A DNA stretch of 61,071 nt, filler included, from Sphacelaria rigidula (Eukaryota), in NCBI GenBank assembly GCA_964200075.2. It is 7 parts of 7 records of this genome, joined end to end, with 100 filler letters (N's around TTAATTAATTAA, not from the genome) between each part and the next. Parts side by side here need not be neighbours in the genome. Positions count along the whole stretch, not along the records: positions 43,698 to 52,334 come from CAXNAA020010516.1; positions 52,435 to 61,071 come from CAXNAA020010517.1; 5 more parts are not named here. One strand, given 5' to 3'. Below, in pieces: positions 49,201 to 61,071 of this stretch (its first letter is position 1; the number at the start of each line of letters is the position of its first letter). The notes beneath the pieces are model-generated. The model saw only the letters and a program-made list of their open reading frames with translations, searched no databases and was not told where the DNA came from. The position numbers and the translations under genes were made by a program.

Positions 49201-50602
49201 ACTGGCAATCTATTCGCCGACCGATGCGCCGCTAATCTCACTTGACGTCACGACCGCGCAAGCTGTACAGGCGAAGGCGCCCCGGCAGGTTCAAACGGCA
49301 CCGCCGGTGGGTATGACCCCTAGCCAGCAGACCAAGAATTTGTCGAACCTCCGACCAGCGCGTCAGCAGGCGTCGCGCCTGGCGCTGCTGCCGGTGTCGC
49401 CGCCGGCGCCACCACCGGCGCCGGTGTCTTCGACACTGTATAAGTCGGTCTCACCTGCACCGCCCGTTGCGGAGCAGCAGCATCTACAGCGGCACCGGGC
49501 CTAGAACCAAACCCATGCTGACACCGCTGCCCCTGCCCCCGCTTCTGCTGCTGCTACTGCTGCTGCTGAGGACTCGACTGCGACCTTCCATCGCCGGAGG
49601 ATCCGCCGCCGCCGCCGCCGCCACGGTTGCCTCGTCTTTTGCCCTTGTGCTGACGATGCTGATGGCGCGCGGCATGAGACTACCCAGATTCTCCACCGGA
49701 AGACGTTGGGCAATCGCGCGCATAATGGCCGACCTGGCCACAACAGTGGCAAGTGCCCGCCGCATGCCCAGCGTGCTTTCTGATCACCGCAACCACTTGC
49801 GGCGGGGTGATGATGACCTTTTCTATGCTCCAAACGAGCAAACACTCTCTGCACATAAGTTGGCACTTGTTGAGTCATTGACACCCTCCGATGCCGCACA
49901 GCGCCCTCTGCGTTTGCGGGCTTCACACGCTTCTTGTACTGAAAGTACTTTGTAATAAAAGTGCGAGATGCACTCGCTGAGTACCTATCCCCGTACTGAG
50001 GAGGTTGCAACTCTTCCGGCATGACCACGGGTGTCGCCAAAGCTGTAACCGACTATCTACGAACCTTTTGCAAGCCCGCGGACCTTTGCAAATTGCATTT
50101 TCCTTGCTTCGTCGCCGCACCACACAGTTGGGGGAGCCTCTAAACTCCCGCTGCACGCAGCCTCAGCAAGTCTCCAGTCTGGATCAATCACAGGCTAGCC
50201 GCATTTCTGCAGCCACCACCAGCTTTAACCCTCGTCACGCGTCCTTGATGTCAGGTTGTCCCCAGCTGCCAGATTCACTTCGCCGAAATCCTTTCCAGCA
50301 GGTCTCTAGCACTAACAATAGCACTAGCACTAGCACTAGCACTAATATCGATATTGTGACACTAGCCAGTGGAAGCACTGTTGGATCACTGCTGTTGAGG
50401 GACTCCTCAGTCCTACTGGCCTCAATTTCAGTTGTCAGCCTTTACAACATTCTCATTATTCAGGAGTGCCCTGATAAGGTCGGACCTGCAGATACCATCT
50501 CCGTGTCCCCGTTCATTATCCAGAACCCTCCAGAATCTCCGTGCCTGTAGTCATTATTTCTCTCATCACTACCAACTCAACGTACGGCGTATTTTCGTCA
50601 CA
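46206..50602 (-). mobile_element. Internally deleted Ty3/gypsy element with two LTRs
   Basis: LTRs at 46206-46425 and 50355-50602 (TGYGAC...GTCACA). Gag with CCHC knuckle CHCCGQVGHYARDC (~49710-49752), protease WDSGA, RT/RH stubs, integrase H..HRG..CLFC, LDFL, SDAA, GPWRV. Frameshifted, with no clear TSD. Confidence 0.9.
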
Positions 50603-50976
50603 GGCTGCACACACACACAACGGGGGTAAGGGTTTGTCCCACGCTTGGGGTTGTTTCGCCAGTAGCGCCCATGCGAGGCGCTTCATCCAGTCTGAACCAG
50701 CTATCACGCCTTGTATGGCCACTTCCGCCATGACTGTGTTGAGAACTGGTTTCGCGGTTGGGCTGTCGAAGGATACTACTGTAGTGCAACACACTTGCAA
50801 AACCCGAGCCTTCTTTTTAATTTAGAACCCGCACCAGCTGTAGTTTGAGTATCCCTCCTGACGGTCCCAAACGGGGTCTGAACTAGCGACGGAAAGTGCT
50901 GGCACCCTCTCCCTCAGATAGGATTTGTGACAACCTCAGGGTTAGGATTAGACCCCAGGGTAAGTCCTGAAATATC

Positions 50977-51395
50977 CAGGGATATACACCTTACACGTGC
51001 CATAGCACTACACGTTACGTTCACGTTGCGTTTTGACCGAAACGTAACGTGAACGTTAATTGTTTTTTACGTGATGAACGTAGTGTGAACGTAACTTTGA
51101 ACTTTCGAATGAAGCGTTAACGTAACGTTCATATTTTTTCACGTGGCATGCGTAACGTAAGGTGAGCCTTAAATTGCCCGAACGTTCAAACCACGTAATA
51201 TGAAACGTTCCATGTAACGTGTGACGTCTTCCATGTAGCGTGTGACGTCTTCCATGTAACGTGTGATGTCTATTACACGTGTTGACACGCTACATGGAAC
51301 GTTTCATGTTACGTGTAACGTGTAGCGTCTCATGCACGTGTAACGTGTAATAGAGGTTACATGTTATATGAAACGCTTCATATTACGCTACATGA
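50977..51395. mobile_element. ACGT-rich hAT-like MITE fragment
   Basis: The left end is homologous to 54122 onward. Dense AACGT/CACGT repeats. Right TIR not found. Confidence 0.6.
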
Positions 51396-52176
51396 AGCGG
51401 TGACACTTGAAGTTTGCGATGAATTTTAGAATCGTAGAGAATTGTGCTTCACAGTTATGGGTGCGCCTGACCCCCCAAAACTGGGCGGAAAAAGTTTCAC
51501 CGACCAAAATCACGAATAGATCGACTCTTGGGGCTTTTCCAGGCTGGTCGGGTGAAATGCGCCCTACGTAATCGGAAGAGAGCAACTTTGATCCTAAATA
51601 CAAATGGAGAAAAGGTCAACTGTGAACTGCATTTTAACATCAGAACCCTGTCGTTACTGCCGTTGTTATTCACCACATATTGTACGCCACTGCCTCGCTT
51701 TTCATCCGCGCTTGCTATGCGCTGGAATAAATGTCTGAAGGCTGGTTGGGTTGATCCAAGCCAACGCACACCTAGAACCCTCGGACAAGAGCGGTACACA
51801 CATTCCCTAAACAAAGGGAGGCCGTGGTAGACCCCAAATCGGCGCCTGTGGCGCCGATGTCAAAGAAGACATGTTTTGCGCACGCCAGGAGCACACGGCT
51901 CGGCTGTCAGCCCTACTTCAACTCCGATTCTCGCTGTACACACTCGAATCAAGTGATATCAACCATGAGCATTTGTAGCCAGACGACGGTAACTGAAACC
52001 AGAACGCTGAAGCATTCATTTTTGGGAACGCGGATCGAATTGGCGGACCAAATGTCCTCAACATCGACAGAGCCATATGAACAGATGAACTTCAACGAGG
52101 ACGGCCCTTACACAGACGAGTGGAGTACAGTCGCCGGGTGTATAATATGGGCTGGGCGGATGTTGACGAAAACACC

Positions 52177-52334
52177 CAGGATTGAAAAAATCGCCATAGG
52201 GCCTCGCATTTGTTTTTAGCACTCCTGTTCATACTAGAAATATATATGGGTGTGTATCACAAATTATTACGGGTATCCCAGCGAGTGCACTACCCATGTA
52301 TATGCGAGGCCCTATGGCGATTTTTTCAATCCTG
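52177..52334. mobile_element. Short TIR element at contig end
   Basis: CAGGATTGAAAAAATCGCCATAGGGCCTCGCAT and its exact reverse complement. Confidence 0.75.
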
Positions 52335-52944
52335 NNNNNNNNNNNNNNNNNNNNNNNNNNNNNNNNNNNNNNNNNNNNTTAATTAATTAANNNNNNNNNN
52401 NNNNNNNNNNNNNNNNNNNNNNNNNNNNNNNNNNGCTGGTCCAAGGGGTATCCACGCAACTTTTGCGCCATCCGCGTGTCTGGGCTGCGTGTACCTGGCT
52501 TGCAACGCTGAAAACAAAGCCTAGGGATTGATTCGTATGATTCGAATCAATTACACCAAAACCAAAAAAAATCCAGACGAATCATTGATTTGTCCAACCC
52601 TTGCATTGCTGTCCAGTGTATGCTCGCAGAAACGCCACGGCACAAAAAAAAAAAACGAAATCACGAACGAGTCACAAAGTAAAAATAAAAAACATGAGCG
52701 CACGGAACTAGCTCAACAACGACGAGCAAACTGAAAAAAAAAAGCAACACGCACCGCATCATCCACCGATTGTTTTGCGCACTATATTCCAACATATTAT
52801 TGCAAAGACAGCCTGTTGTTCCAAATTGAACGGTGTACTTCAAGCCCCGTCGTTAAAACGACAGCTTGATAAAATGATGTAGCTCTATCTCTTCAAGTAC
52901 ATTGAACACTTGGTACAAAAAGGACAGAACACAGATAGAACCAC

Positions 52945-53355
52945 CACTGAAGACCTTGTTGCGGGTTAAGAACCCGACCCTCATAGCTTTTGAAGTATAA
53001 AAACACGAGCGGCCTCAAGACCTTGGTAGTTAAAAACTTGAACCTCGCAGAGTTTTGAATGTGTGAAAGCATGAGCGGCCGAAGACCGTAGTAGTTAAAA
53101 ACTTGAACCTCAAAGCTTCAAAGTATGAGAACATGAGAGGCCTCAAGACCTTGGTAAGTAAGAACGTGAGCCTAAAAGCCTTCAAGGTATAATTACATGA
53201 GCGGCCTCAAGACCTCGGCAGTTACGAACTTCAGCGACCTCAGCAACTCGGCAGTCAAGAACCCGAGCCTCAAAGCTTCCAGAGTATAAGAACTTGAGTG
53301 GCCTTGACACCTTGGGGGTTGAGAACTTGACCCTCAAAGCTTTCAAAGTATGAGA
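52945..53355. repeat. Minisatellite, ~57-bp unit
   Basis: Repeated GAGCGGCCTCAAGACCTTGGTAGTTAA(G/A)AACTTGAACCTCAAAGCTT. Confidence 0.85.
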
Positions 53356-54121
53356 ATTTGAGCGGAAATTGTGATGCCTGAAAAATAATTCCACACTATG
53401 ATAAAACCTATACAGTGGCTGTTGGTTGCCCACAGTGGGGAAAAGAGCTCGAGCCTGACGCCAAATGAGACCTTTTGAAGTGGTGGCGCTACCTGGAGAC
53501 AACTAGCGTATGTGAAGTTGTCAGCATGAAAACGGAAACTGTTGGGTCAGAAGCATTTTCCCCCCAATTTTTCTTTCGATTACCGTGACTCATCACATTG
53601 AACATCTGATCTCGGAATTCGGGGACGGACAAATGTTAGTACCCGCAAAACATCCGAGAGGGAAATCATCTCCTACAATGAGTGTGAAAGAATTACGGGC
53701 GAACCCGTCGTTGGGGGTCCTACGATTACGATACCCGACCTTCCACCTCGCTGAATTTTTGCGGTCGATATCGAACCAATTCCAATCGTTCTCCTAACAG
53801 CCAACAACCATCTGGGCGTATTTTTTTATTGCTAGTTATTCGTCGCGCTACAGAAGATCGTGTTTTCGGACCAAAGTGCGGGCAATACCTGCCCCCTCCC
53901 CCCCCCCTCCCTTCCCGCACCGAACGGGGTTTTGCCGCGTATTACTCCGACAACAAAAAAATGGTCATCATTTTGCGCGAAGATCCTGCTTCTTCCTTTT
54001 TTTCTTTCTTCCCAACCTCTGCAGATTCTAAACCTTCCGAGTAAAAAGGGGGACTCCTCCGCGCAAAAATTCTCTAACAACGAAATTCTTTCGTTTGAAC
54101 GTTGAACACTACCATGAAGAA

Positions 54122-54375
54122 CAGGGGTCTACACGTTACATGTGCCACAAAACTACACGTTACGTTCACGTTCCGTTTTGGTCGAAACGTAACATGAACG
54201 TCAAAAACGTTTCACGTGATGAACGTAACGTGCAACGTCACGTTATAATTCCAAAAGAAACGGTAACGTAACGGTGAACGTTTTGAATGTGCCAAACGAA
54301 ACGTAGCGTGAACGTCAAATTTTACAAACGTGATGAATGTAACGTGGACGTGAATGTGTAACGTGTATACCCCTG
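54122..54375. mobile_element. hAT-like MITE
   Basis: TIR CAGGGGT(C/A)TACACGTTACA. 8-bp flanks ATGAAGAA/ATCAAGAC match at 6 of 8. ACGT-rich subterminal repeats. Confidence 0.78.
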
Positions 54376-55177
54376 ATCAAGACGGGTCAACTCCTTATAA
54401 GCGCCAAGATTGGTCACAAACCTTGCGTCAAAAAGGATAAAGTAGTTCAGTGACATCAGCACACAAGCAACAGCATGTATTTATTCGCCGCAGACGGTGC
54501 CACGCTTTGAGGCAACCCTCTGTACGTTAGTGATCACACGCACTTTTGCCTAGATTTGAGCGACATGAGAGACAATACATAAATATGTAATTACTGAGCA
54601 CAGGCATTTTGCGGCCGGCTTCATCTTCTTGTCTTCTACCATGATTACGTCATCAGTGAAATAATAAGAAAAACAAAATCGATTGATTTAAACGAATGTG
54701 ATCAATAACGGCGTAAAAAAGCTCCATGGAAAGACCATGATGGTTCAGTTAGTGTTTGGTTGTGTGGTTGTACCCTTGAGGTAAATGTGTTGACAGAGGT
54801 TTCGATGGGAAACAACACCACTGGTGATGAAGTACGAAAGACACTTCATCATTCATGTGAGAAAGTACAACACGGGCCTTGCAGGCTTGCTAAAGAGCCG
54901 CACTACAATATGTCGGGGATCCGCCCCCTCCCGTCCTGTGGTTCTGTTGAAGGAGGAACGGCAGGTGCTAAAGGAGGGAATGAGGAAACTACACGAATGT
55001 GACAGGAAAAAAAATGGTACACGAGACAGTAGTGAAAAAAACGATCGCGGTAAGAGATGACAGATGGTGGCCACAGGCTTTGAAACAGGAAGGGGATGAG
55101 ATATTCAAAAGATTCTTATGTTATGTTTGGGAAAAACGTAATGGGCACCCAAATATTGGAGCAAATCTCTGCTATCA

Positions 55178-55652
55178 GGCCGCTTCTTATAGACTGAAAA
55201 CAAACTGTCTGAGAACTGCCCTTTTGAACCTTTCACCTCGGAGTATCGGCAGAATACGGGCCTTGGCGGATTTGGGCCCCTCGGAACGATTTTCTCTATT
55301 CATCACGAGGATTCCAGCGCGCTTGTCCGATCTTTTGTACTCCTAGTTTTTCTCTTGGCCGGATCCTGGGTTTTTTCAGTCGCCGCGAGAATCGTCCAGT
55401 CGTCGGGAAAAATACCTACTTTTTGCCGACAACTCGAAGTTTTTTCAGGTGCCTGAAAAAATCCAGAATGCGGCCAAGAGTAAAAGTGGTACGAAATATC
55501 GGACAATCGTGCTGGAATCCTCGTGAAAAATAGAGCAGATCTTTCCGAGGAGGCCAAATCCGCCAAGGTCCGTATTCCGCCAATAATCCGTGATGAAAGG
55601 TTCGAAAGGGCAATTCTCAGAGAGATTTTTTTGCAGTCTACAAGAAGCGGCC
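55178..55652. mobile_element. PIF/Harbinger-like MITE, same family as 38580-39004
   Basis: GGCCGCTTCTT...AAGAAGCGGCC termini, TCA TSD, long inverted arms. Confidence 0.88.
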
Positions 55653-57610
55653 TCAGGAGTAGGAACAGTAGTCCGTCTCGAAAGAGATGCGTGGCCGATG
55701 GTGGAATGACTGAGGTAGGCAAAAAATTGATTGATCTGTTGAGACCACGGACTCGTCCCGAGGAGAGGGAGGAGGTTCAATGTGCGAAAAATACACGAGT
55801 TCATATTTCGAATACATAATAAAAATAACAAATATATAGTTAACACTTCCTGAAATCCCTACCTCCAGACGAGACCCCAATTGGCGTCTCCGAGAAAAGG
55901 GTCTTCCTTGAGTGCTTTTTGTTGCTTCTCCATTGAAACCTCGAGCGCGAAGCATGCGTTTCCGAAAACGCTCTCAGATGCCTCAGATGCCCTGGGTGAT
56001 CCATCGATTCATTACAACAGTCAGCATGCATCACAAATTACGAACCCGTGTGCCACCAGCGCAGAGCGTGTACGTGATCCTCAAGTACATGGGGGAAAAA
56101 GAAAAAAAACATACACACAATGCGAAAGAAGGTAGCACCTGGCTTGTGGAGCATTTACTGACAAACCTCAGTAATTAAAATAGTGGGAACAACAGCATAA
56201 ACAAAACAAAAGTAGGAATGGAAATAAAATGACTACGATAATACAACCGATATACCATTTATACTACTTGTACTAATGATACTGATGAAAATCTCCGTGG
56301 TTGAAAGGCAATTAATCGCAACATGTACAAGATCTGAATGGCAGGTCGAGAATCAGAAAACGGCATTGAACCCTCAGGAGAAGTGAGCTCGCAGAATACG
56401 GTACGCTCAACGTCCAACCATTCGTGAATGACGTTTTACTCTCCATCTTTACTTCTGAAGTGAACAACGATTTTCTCACAAGTTTTCTCTCACGAACACA
56501 GATTATGGCCATGATATGCTACAAATATCTTCACACCTTTTGAGTAGTACAGATTCTAGTTTTGGATGTAAAGGTTGCTGAGGGTCGAAGTGGCCGAAAA
56601 ATGTACTGACACCGTTGCGAAAATGAACATCACTTCATGAACAACCCTTTTGGAACTCGCGAAAAAGAGTCAAGTAGTAAACTCCGAATGCGATTTTTTG
56701 TCACTGGAAAAACGTCACTTAGAGTTCGGTGCACGAATCCGTCACATGAGAATACTTGAACTTAGAGTAGTGCACCATTTTGGTGGGCTGTATCATCAAC
56801 ACTGCAGAAAATCAACAACCACATCTTGCTCAAGAAACGTCGATTGTTAATTAAATCGTCACTTCTCCATCAACGGTTAACGCCGTTTTCGTGAGATCGA
56901 GAGTAGAGCGCTGATTTAGAGTAGCTTTGATCATTCGCTGACATAAATTTCGCCAATTTTCCATTCCGTGTGTGCTTTTTTTTTTGCCTCCATCACTGGC
57001 GTGTGCTTACAGCTTCACGTCGATATCCTACTCAGGGATATCAACGGTCTCGGTAGTGGCAAGCGACTACAAAAAGCATATCGGGCTTCATGGAGGGGCA
57101 TTCCCGAACTGAAATGATTCATTCACTAATTGATCGCTCTTCACTCTCAATTTCATCTTCTACTTTCAATATCACAAAAACATTGTTGGTTCCGAAGCGG
57201 TGAAGTCTATCATCAACACTACCATCATATTACTAATAAATAATATGGCTAAGTAAGATCACCTCCAACCTCGGAAAACGAAGCGGGGTAATTCACCCGA
57301 CTCTGAAAACAGTACACTTCGCAAACCCCTTCCGCTCCACGTCACCCTGCGACGTTTCTCGTTCCTGAAAGCTTGATGAGATAGCGCGATGTTTTTTTCC
57401 ATCACCGTTCACCTTCGACGAGGGCTAGATTCGACCTTCGACCCAAGCTGTCAGCGCCTCAAAGTATGCGCGTAATAGGCCATACGGGGAGTTATGATGG
57501 TGGCTCTGACACTTTGATTTTGAAGAACGGAAACTTTATTCTTCGTACGGATACTCGATGAACACTGGAGACACCAGAACTCAAAAAGAGCGTCACTGTT
57601 AGAGAGAGGG

Positions 57611-57957
57611 GACCTGACGAACTGTACGTAAACAATGGTTGGTACAATGGAGATGCCAATTCTAACGCTAACCCTAACCCTAACCCTAACCCTAACCCTA
57701 ACCCTAACCTCGACCAACGCATACCGAGAACCCTCGAGCAAGAGGGTGGAAAGCGTTCCCTAGGCAAAGTGTGCGTTGCCAGAGCTCAAATCGACGCCTT
57801 TGAGCCGATTTTGGACGAAAACACGTTTTGGACGAGCTGAGTCTACTGCTCACCACTGCTCACCTGCCCCAGCCCATGAATTTTCTCAGAACTTTGTTCA
57901 GTCTGAAATCGAGTAAAATCGAGTACCAACCATTGTCCACGTACAGTTCGTGAGGTC
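57611..57957. mobile_element. TIR element carrying (CCCTAA)n
   Basis: GACCT.ACGAACTGTACGT..ACAATGGTTGGTAC is mirrored at 57923-57957. About 7 TAACCC units at 57661-57708. Confidence 0.7.
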
Positions 57958-59935
57958 TACTGGTGAGAGACGCTAATCGGGGCGAAAATATATAGGAATT
58001 TCTTACAAGGAGTGTCTGTCTATCGGGGTCACCAAGGATGAGACTACACGAAACTCTCCGACACCATCCCTTCCTGCCTTCAGTTGCAAAAAACGTCCTT
58101 GGGCTGCGGTGGGGATTCATTTTTCAAATAAATAGTTCGCCCATACACTGTTTGTGTAAATAGAAATAGACAAAGCCGAAGTGCACCGTGCAACACAGTA
58201 CAATCAATACAGTACAGCGTAGAGCCCGCCGCATTCCTCCCTTCTTCTGTGGGTATCGTCGAGTATCGGATTACTCCTTTGGAGATCGTCACTGGAGATG
58301 GTCGCCTCTTTCTGCAAATAACCGGCTCTAAAGTTGAACTCTCTGAACCCTGGGGTGGTCGCCTCTTTCTACAAATAACCGGCTCCAAGGTTGAACTCTC
58401 TGAACCCCGTTCAGGTCATCTGGATTTTGCACTCATTTTTCAAGTGAAAAGTATGCCGATACGACACATGCCCGACCCTGGGTTGAGTGGAGGGTGAGAT
58501 GCATTTGTTCGTGTATTCCCAATGTACAAGCTCAAGTTGCAGTGGACGGGGGGCTGTACACGCGGTACGGCGAACATGGCGGTACTGATACAACCAACGC
58601 CACAGACGAAGAGGAGAGCACCATTCGGTCACCATGATGTTGTCTTCTCCAGTACATGCAATGCTTTTTACCTTGAACAGAAAATGTCTGAGGGTATCAT
58701 AATTCCACATGCGTATGCACCGACGTAAAGTGACACGAAGGGACCAGAGGCTACCTAGGTCTGGGTCTGCCCATTCATGACAGGTCCCGTGACTGGTGAA
58801 GGCCACGTGACTGATGAAGGCCACGAGAGTGTGGTCTACATCAGAGAAGCGAGTGTCTTTGACATCAACGAAGAATTCGGAGACGGGGCGGTCCGAATTG
58901 CTGTCGCTCAGACCCTTCCGAGATTCGACTGCTGCACGTCGCGTATAGGGTTCGAGAAATGTCAGTGAACGTTCAAAAACTATCTTCTAGGTGGACACGG
59001 CGACTGTTTTTCCATCGTTCACGCTCCAGAGCTGTCCTTTCGATAAATTGTTCGTCACATTTTGGGGAATCCTGTTTTTCGAATTTTCGAGATGGCTGTA
59101 TATGTGCAACACACTCATGTTGAGGCGGTAACCCGATCAGTTTTCCTTACAGTGTAGCCGTCCGATCAGTGAGAGCGTAAGCAAGAACAGAACAAATTGC
59201 AGCTTACCGCGCGGCGCTTTTTTCTTAGGCCTTTCTTCGTTTCTTAGGCCACCTCTTATGGGAGCGTTAAAAAAATTATTTCGCAACAACTTCAGAGGAG
59301 TTTTTTTTTCCTTCATCATCATGATGAATGGGCACAAAATACACAACTACGGCAAAGAAAAATTAAGTCGTTTTAAATTATTTAAAAAAAACTCTAAACG
59401 CTTTCATAAGATTTGGCCTTAGCTTCGATTTTTCGGAGTTCAATGAACTTTGAAGTCGCAGTTTTTTTCGTTTCTTTGCCTCTTTCTCGGTGAATTTAAC
59501 TGCTGCCGCGGTTCGGTGAATTCTGGGGCAAAATTTTATTGTCTCTGTCCTGGCCGTCTATTTTTGCGTCACAGTGTTCCGTTTGAAAGGGTAAAACAAA
59601 TGCGGAAAAGAACGGGTCAAACATTACGCCCTTGCCGGATCTTCCATCTTCTACTCATCACATATAACATAGTTTCATAACCGATACAGATATCCTATCT
59701 TCGGCTCAACCTCTTGGTAGTAGTCGTTGTCTTCACCATCTCCCACATTGAATTACTTCCTTTCCACGCCTATCGTGGAGGACGGGGCCGCCGATAGGCG
59801 GCCCCGTCCGATCCTTGTAGTAATCAAGTTTTAATTTCACCTCATTATTTCTAGCATTATTACTTCATGATACATGAGTTTGCATCTATGTATACGTGTA
59901 TGTGTCCACGATGGGAGGCTACGCTATGACTTCAC

Positions 59936-60068
59936 CTATCGAGCTTTAGGAAGCGAACAAGGGGTCCGGTAGTAGTACCGTTGAAAAGTAGAGACAGAAC
60001 CGCCACGCCGGCCACGTGGAACAATATCTTGTCGCGATCTGTCTGGGCAATGTACTCCTCGGGAACAT
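59936..60068 (-). CDS. Exon of a SOS1/NHX7- or SLC9C-type Na+/H+ antiporter (last TM helix)
   Basis: DRDKILFHVAGVAVLSLLFNGTTTGPLVRFLKLDR resembles the CPA1 final-helix pattern FxxxGIVxLTLxxNGxT..LxxLxxD. Pyrimidine-rich acceptor ccgtAG; donor AG|GTGAAG. Confidence 0.82.
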
Positions 60069-61071
60069 CTACGGAGCATGACACGCAAGAGAGCGTAGCG
60101 CACAAGAGCGGGACAAAGGAACATTTAGGGAAAGAGGACGGAGTGGGCGGGGAGGGGGGGGGGGGGGGGGGGAAATAAGATATGGTGAGGAGGAGGGGGA
60201 AGAAAAGCACACGCAGATTCATANNNNNNNNNNCATGATCTTGCATGCAGTAGTCATGAGACCATCGACTTCGCATCCCTACAAAGCCGGGACGGAGCAC
60301 GCTGGGTTTTCGCCAGACCAGGCTCGCGATGACCAAGCATGAAGCACCGTAATATGTTCGGCGAGTCGCAGGAAGGGTGAGCTGCATCCTGCCAAGATTG
60401 TTCGGCCCGAAGCGCGCAAATTATCCTGCATATGAACATCAGCCTCCAATGAGCTGCTTCATTTTCTGGTATCGCCGATTTCAGAGACAGCGATGGGCTA
60501 CACTGCTTCATGTAAAGGGAGGTGGGAACCACCCGTATGGTGGAATACGTATTACTTGGCACGAACGCATGAGAGAACGAAATCAAATCAGTACAGGACG
60601 TATTGTTATTCCTACACACACATACACGTCATTTTCGAACAAAATCACCCGTGACTTCACCAACTTCTCCCCCTCCCCGGCCTGATGACTATGGCATGCA
60701 TGCGAGAACGGTGCTCCGTCTCGAAAGGGATGCGTGGTCAATGGTCAAATGACTAAGGCAAGCAACAAATGAGTACGCCCCCCCCCCTCCCCGGCGAGAC
60801 ATGGCCCAATGGACGCGGCGAAAATATTGAAACTACGATTACGGGTGGGGGACCTGGACCTGCCAGAAAAATAAAAGAGATTTACCGGTAGTCGTGTGGA
60901 GGAGAAAGTAGATGCACAGAATTGCCCCTGTGGCAAAGCGATAGAGAGTAGAGTCATATCGTGGCAGAAAGTGAACTATACAAGGATGAAGGGGATGTGC
61001 TAGAGGGGGAAATGCGGGGCGTGAACGAAGGTGGCATGAAATGGTTTGATGCACTAGACAGTAGGGAGAAA

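Noticed and set aside
57860-57960. Next exon of the antiporter (has a CAG|GTGAG donor)
   Set aside because: It overlaps a MITE TIR and no frame resembles SOS1/SLC9C.
58811-58845. Hammerhead ribozyme (CTGATGA followed by a stem)
   Set aside because: No GAAA follows the stem, and CTGATG simply pairs with the downstream CATCAG as a plain hairpin.
1-61071. Inverted similarity between window start (1-130) and end (60700-60790) suggesting one giant element
   Set aside because: The two ends are on different contigs and belong to an abundant dispersed repeat.

Overview
Repeat-rich eukaryotic nuclear DNA, most likely from a brown alga (Phaeophyceae). This is inferred from intron/exon style, a heterokont-type signal peptide with an SA-F plastid motif, and the repeat content. 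The window is not one locus. It is seven contigs of near-identical, decreasing length (8640, 8640, 8639, 8639, 8639, 8637, 8637 bp) joined by 100-bp N-TTAATTAATTAA-N spacers, so adjacency across spacers means nothing. Host coding sequence is sparse: the last four exons of a choline/ecdysteroid-kinase-like (APH-fold) gene, an intronless His/Gly-rich ORF, a Derlin exon, a SOS1/SLC9C-type Na+/H+ antiporter exon, and a probable head-to-head pair of first exons, one encoding a plastid-targeting peptide. The rest is transposon-derived: a degenerate chromodomain-bearing Ty3/gypsy element with two insertions, an internally deleted gypsy with both LTRs, a tRNA-derived SINE, tandem repeats, and many MITEs (Tc1/mariner-, PIF/Harbinger-, piggyBac-, hAT- and Sola-like ends). 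The most striking structure is a three-level nest at 18170-19654. A miniature LTR element with ~67-bp LTRs carries a tRNA 3' half ending in CCA. A second TRIM (385-bp LTRs, 49-bp core of little more than PBS and PPT) sits in its 5' LTR, and a GAG-ended MITE sits exactly at the CCA. No CRISPR or other prokaryote-type system is supported.
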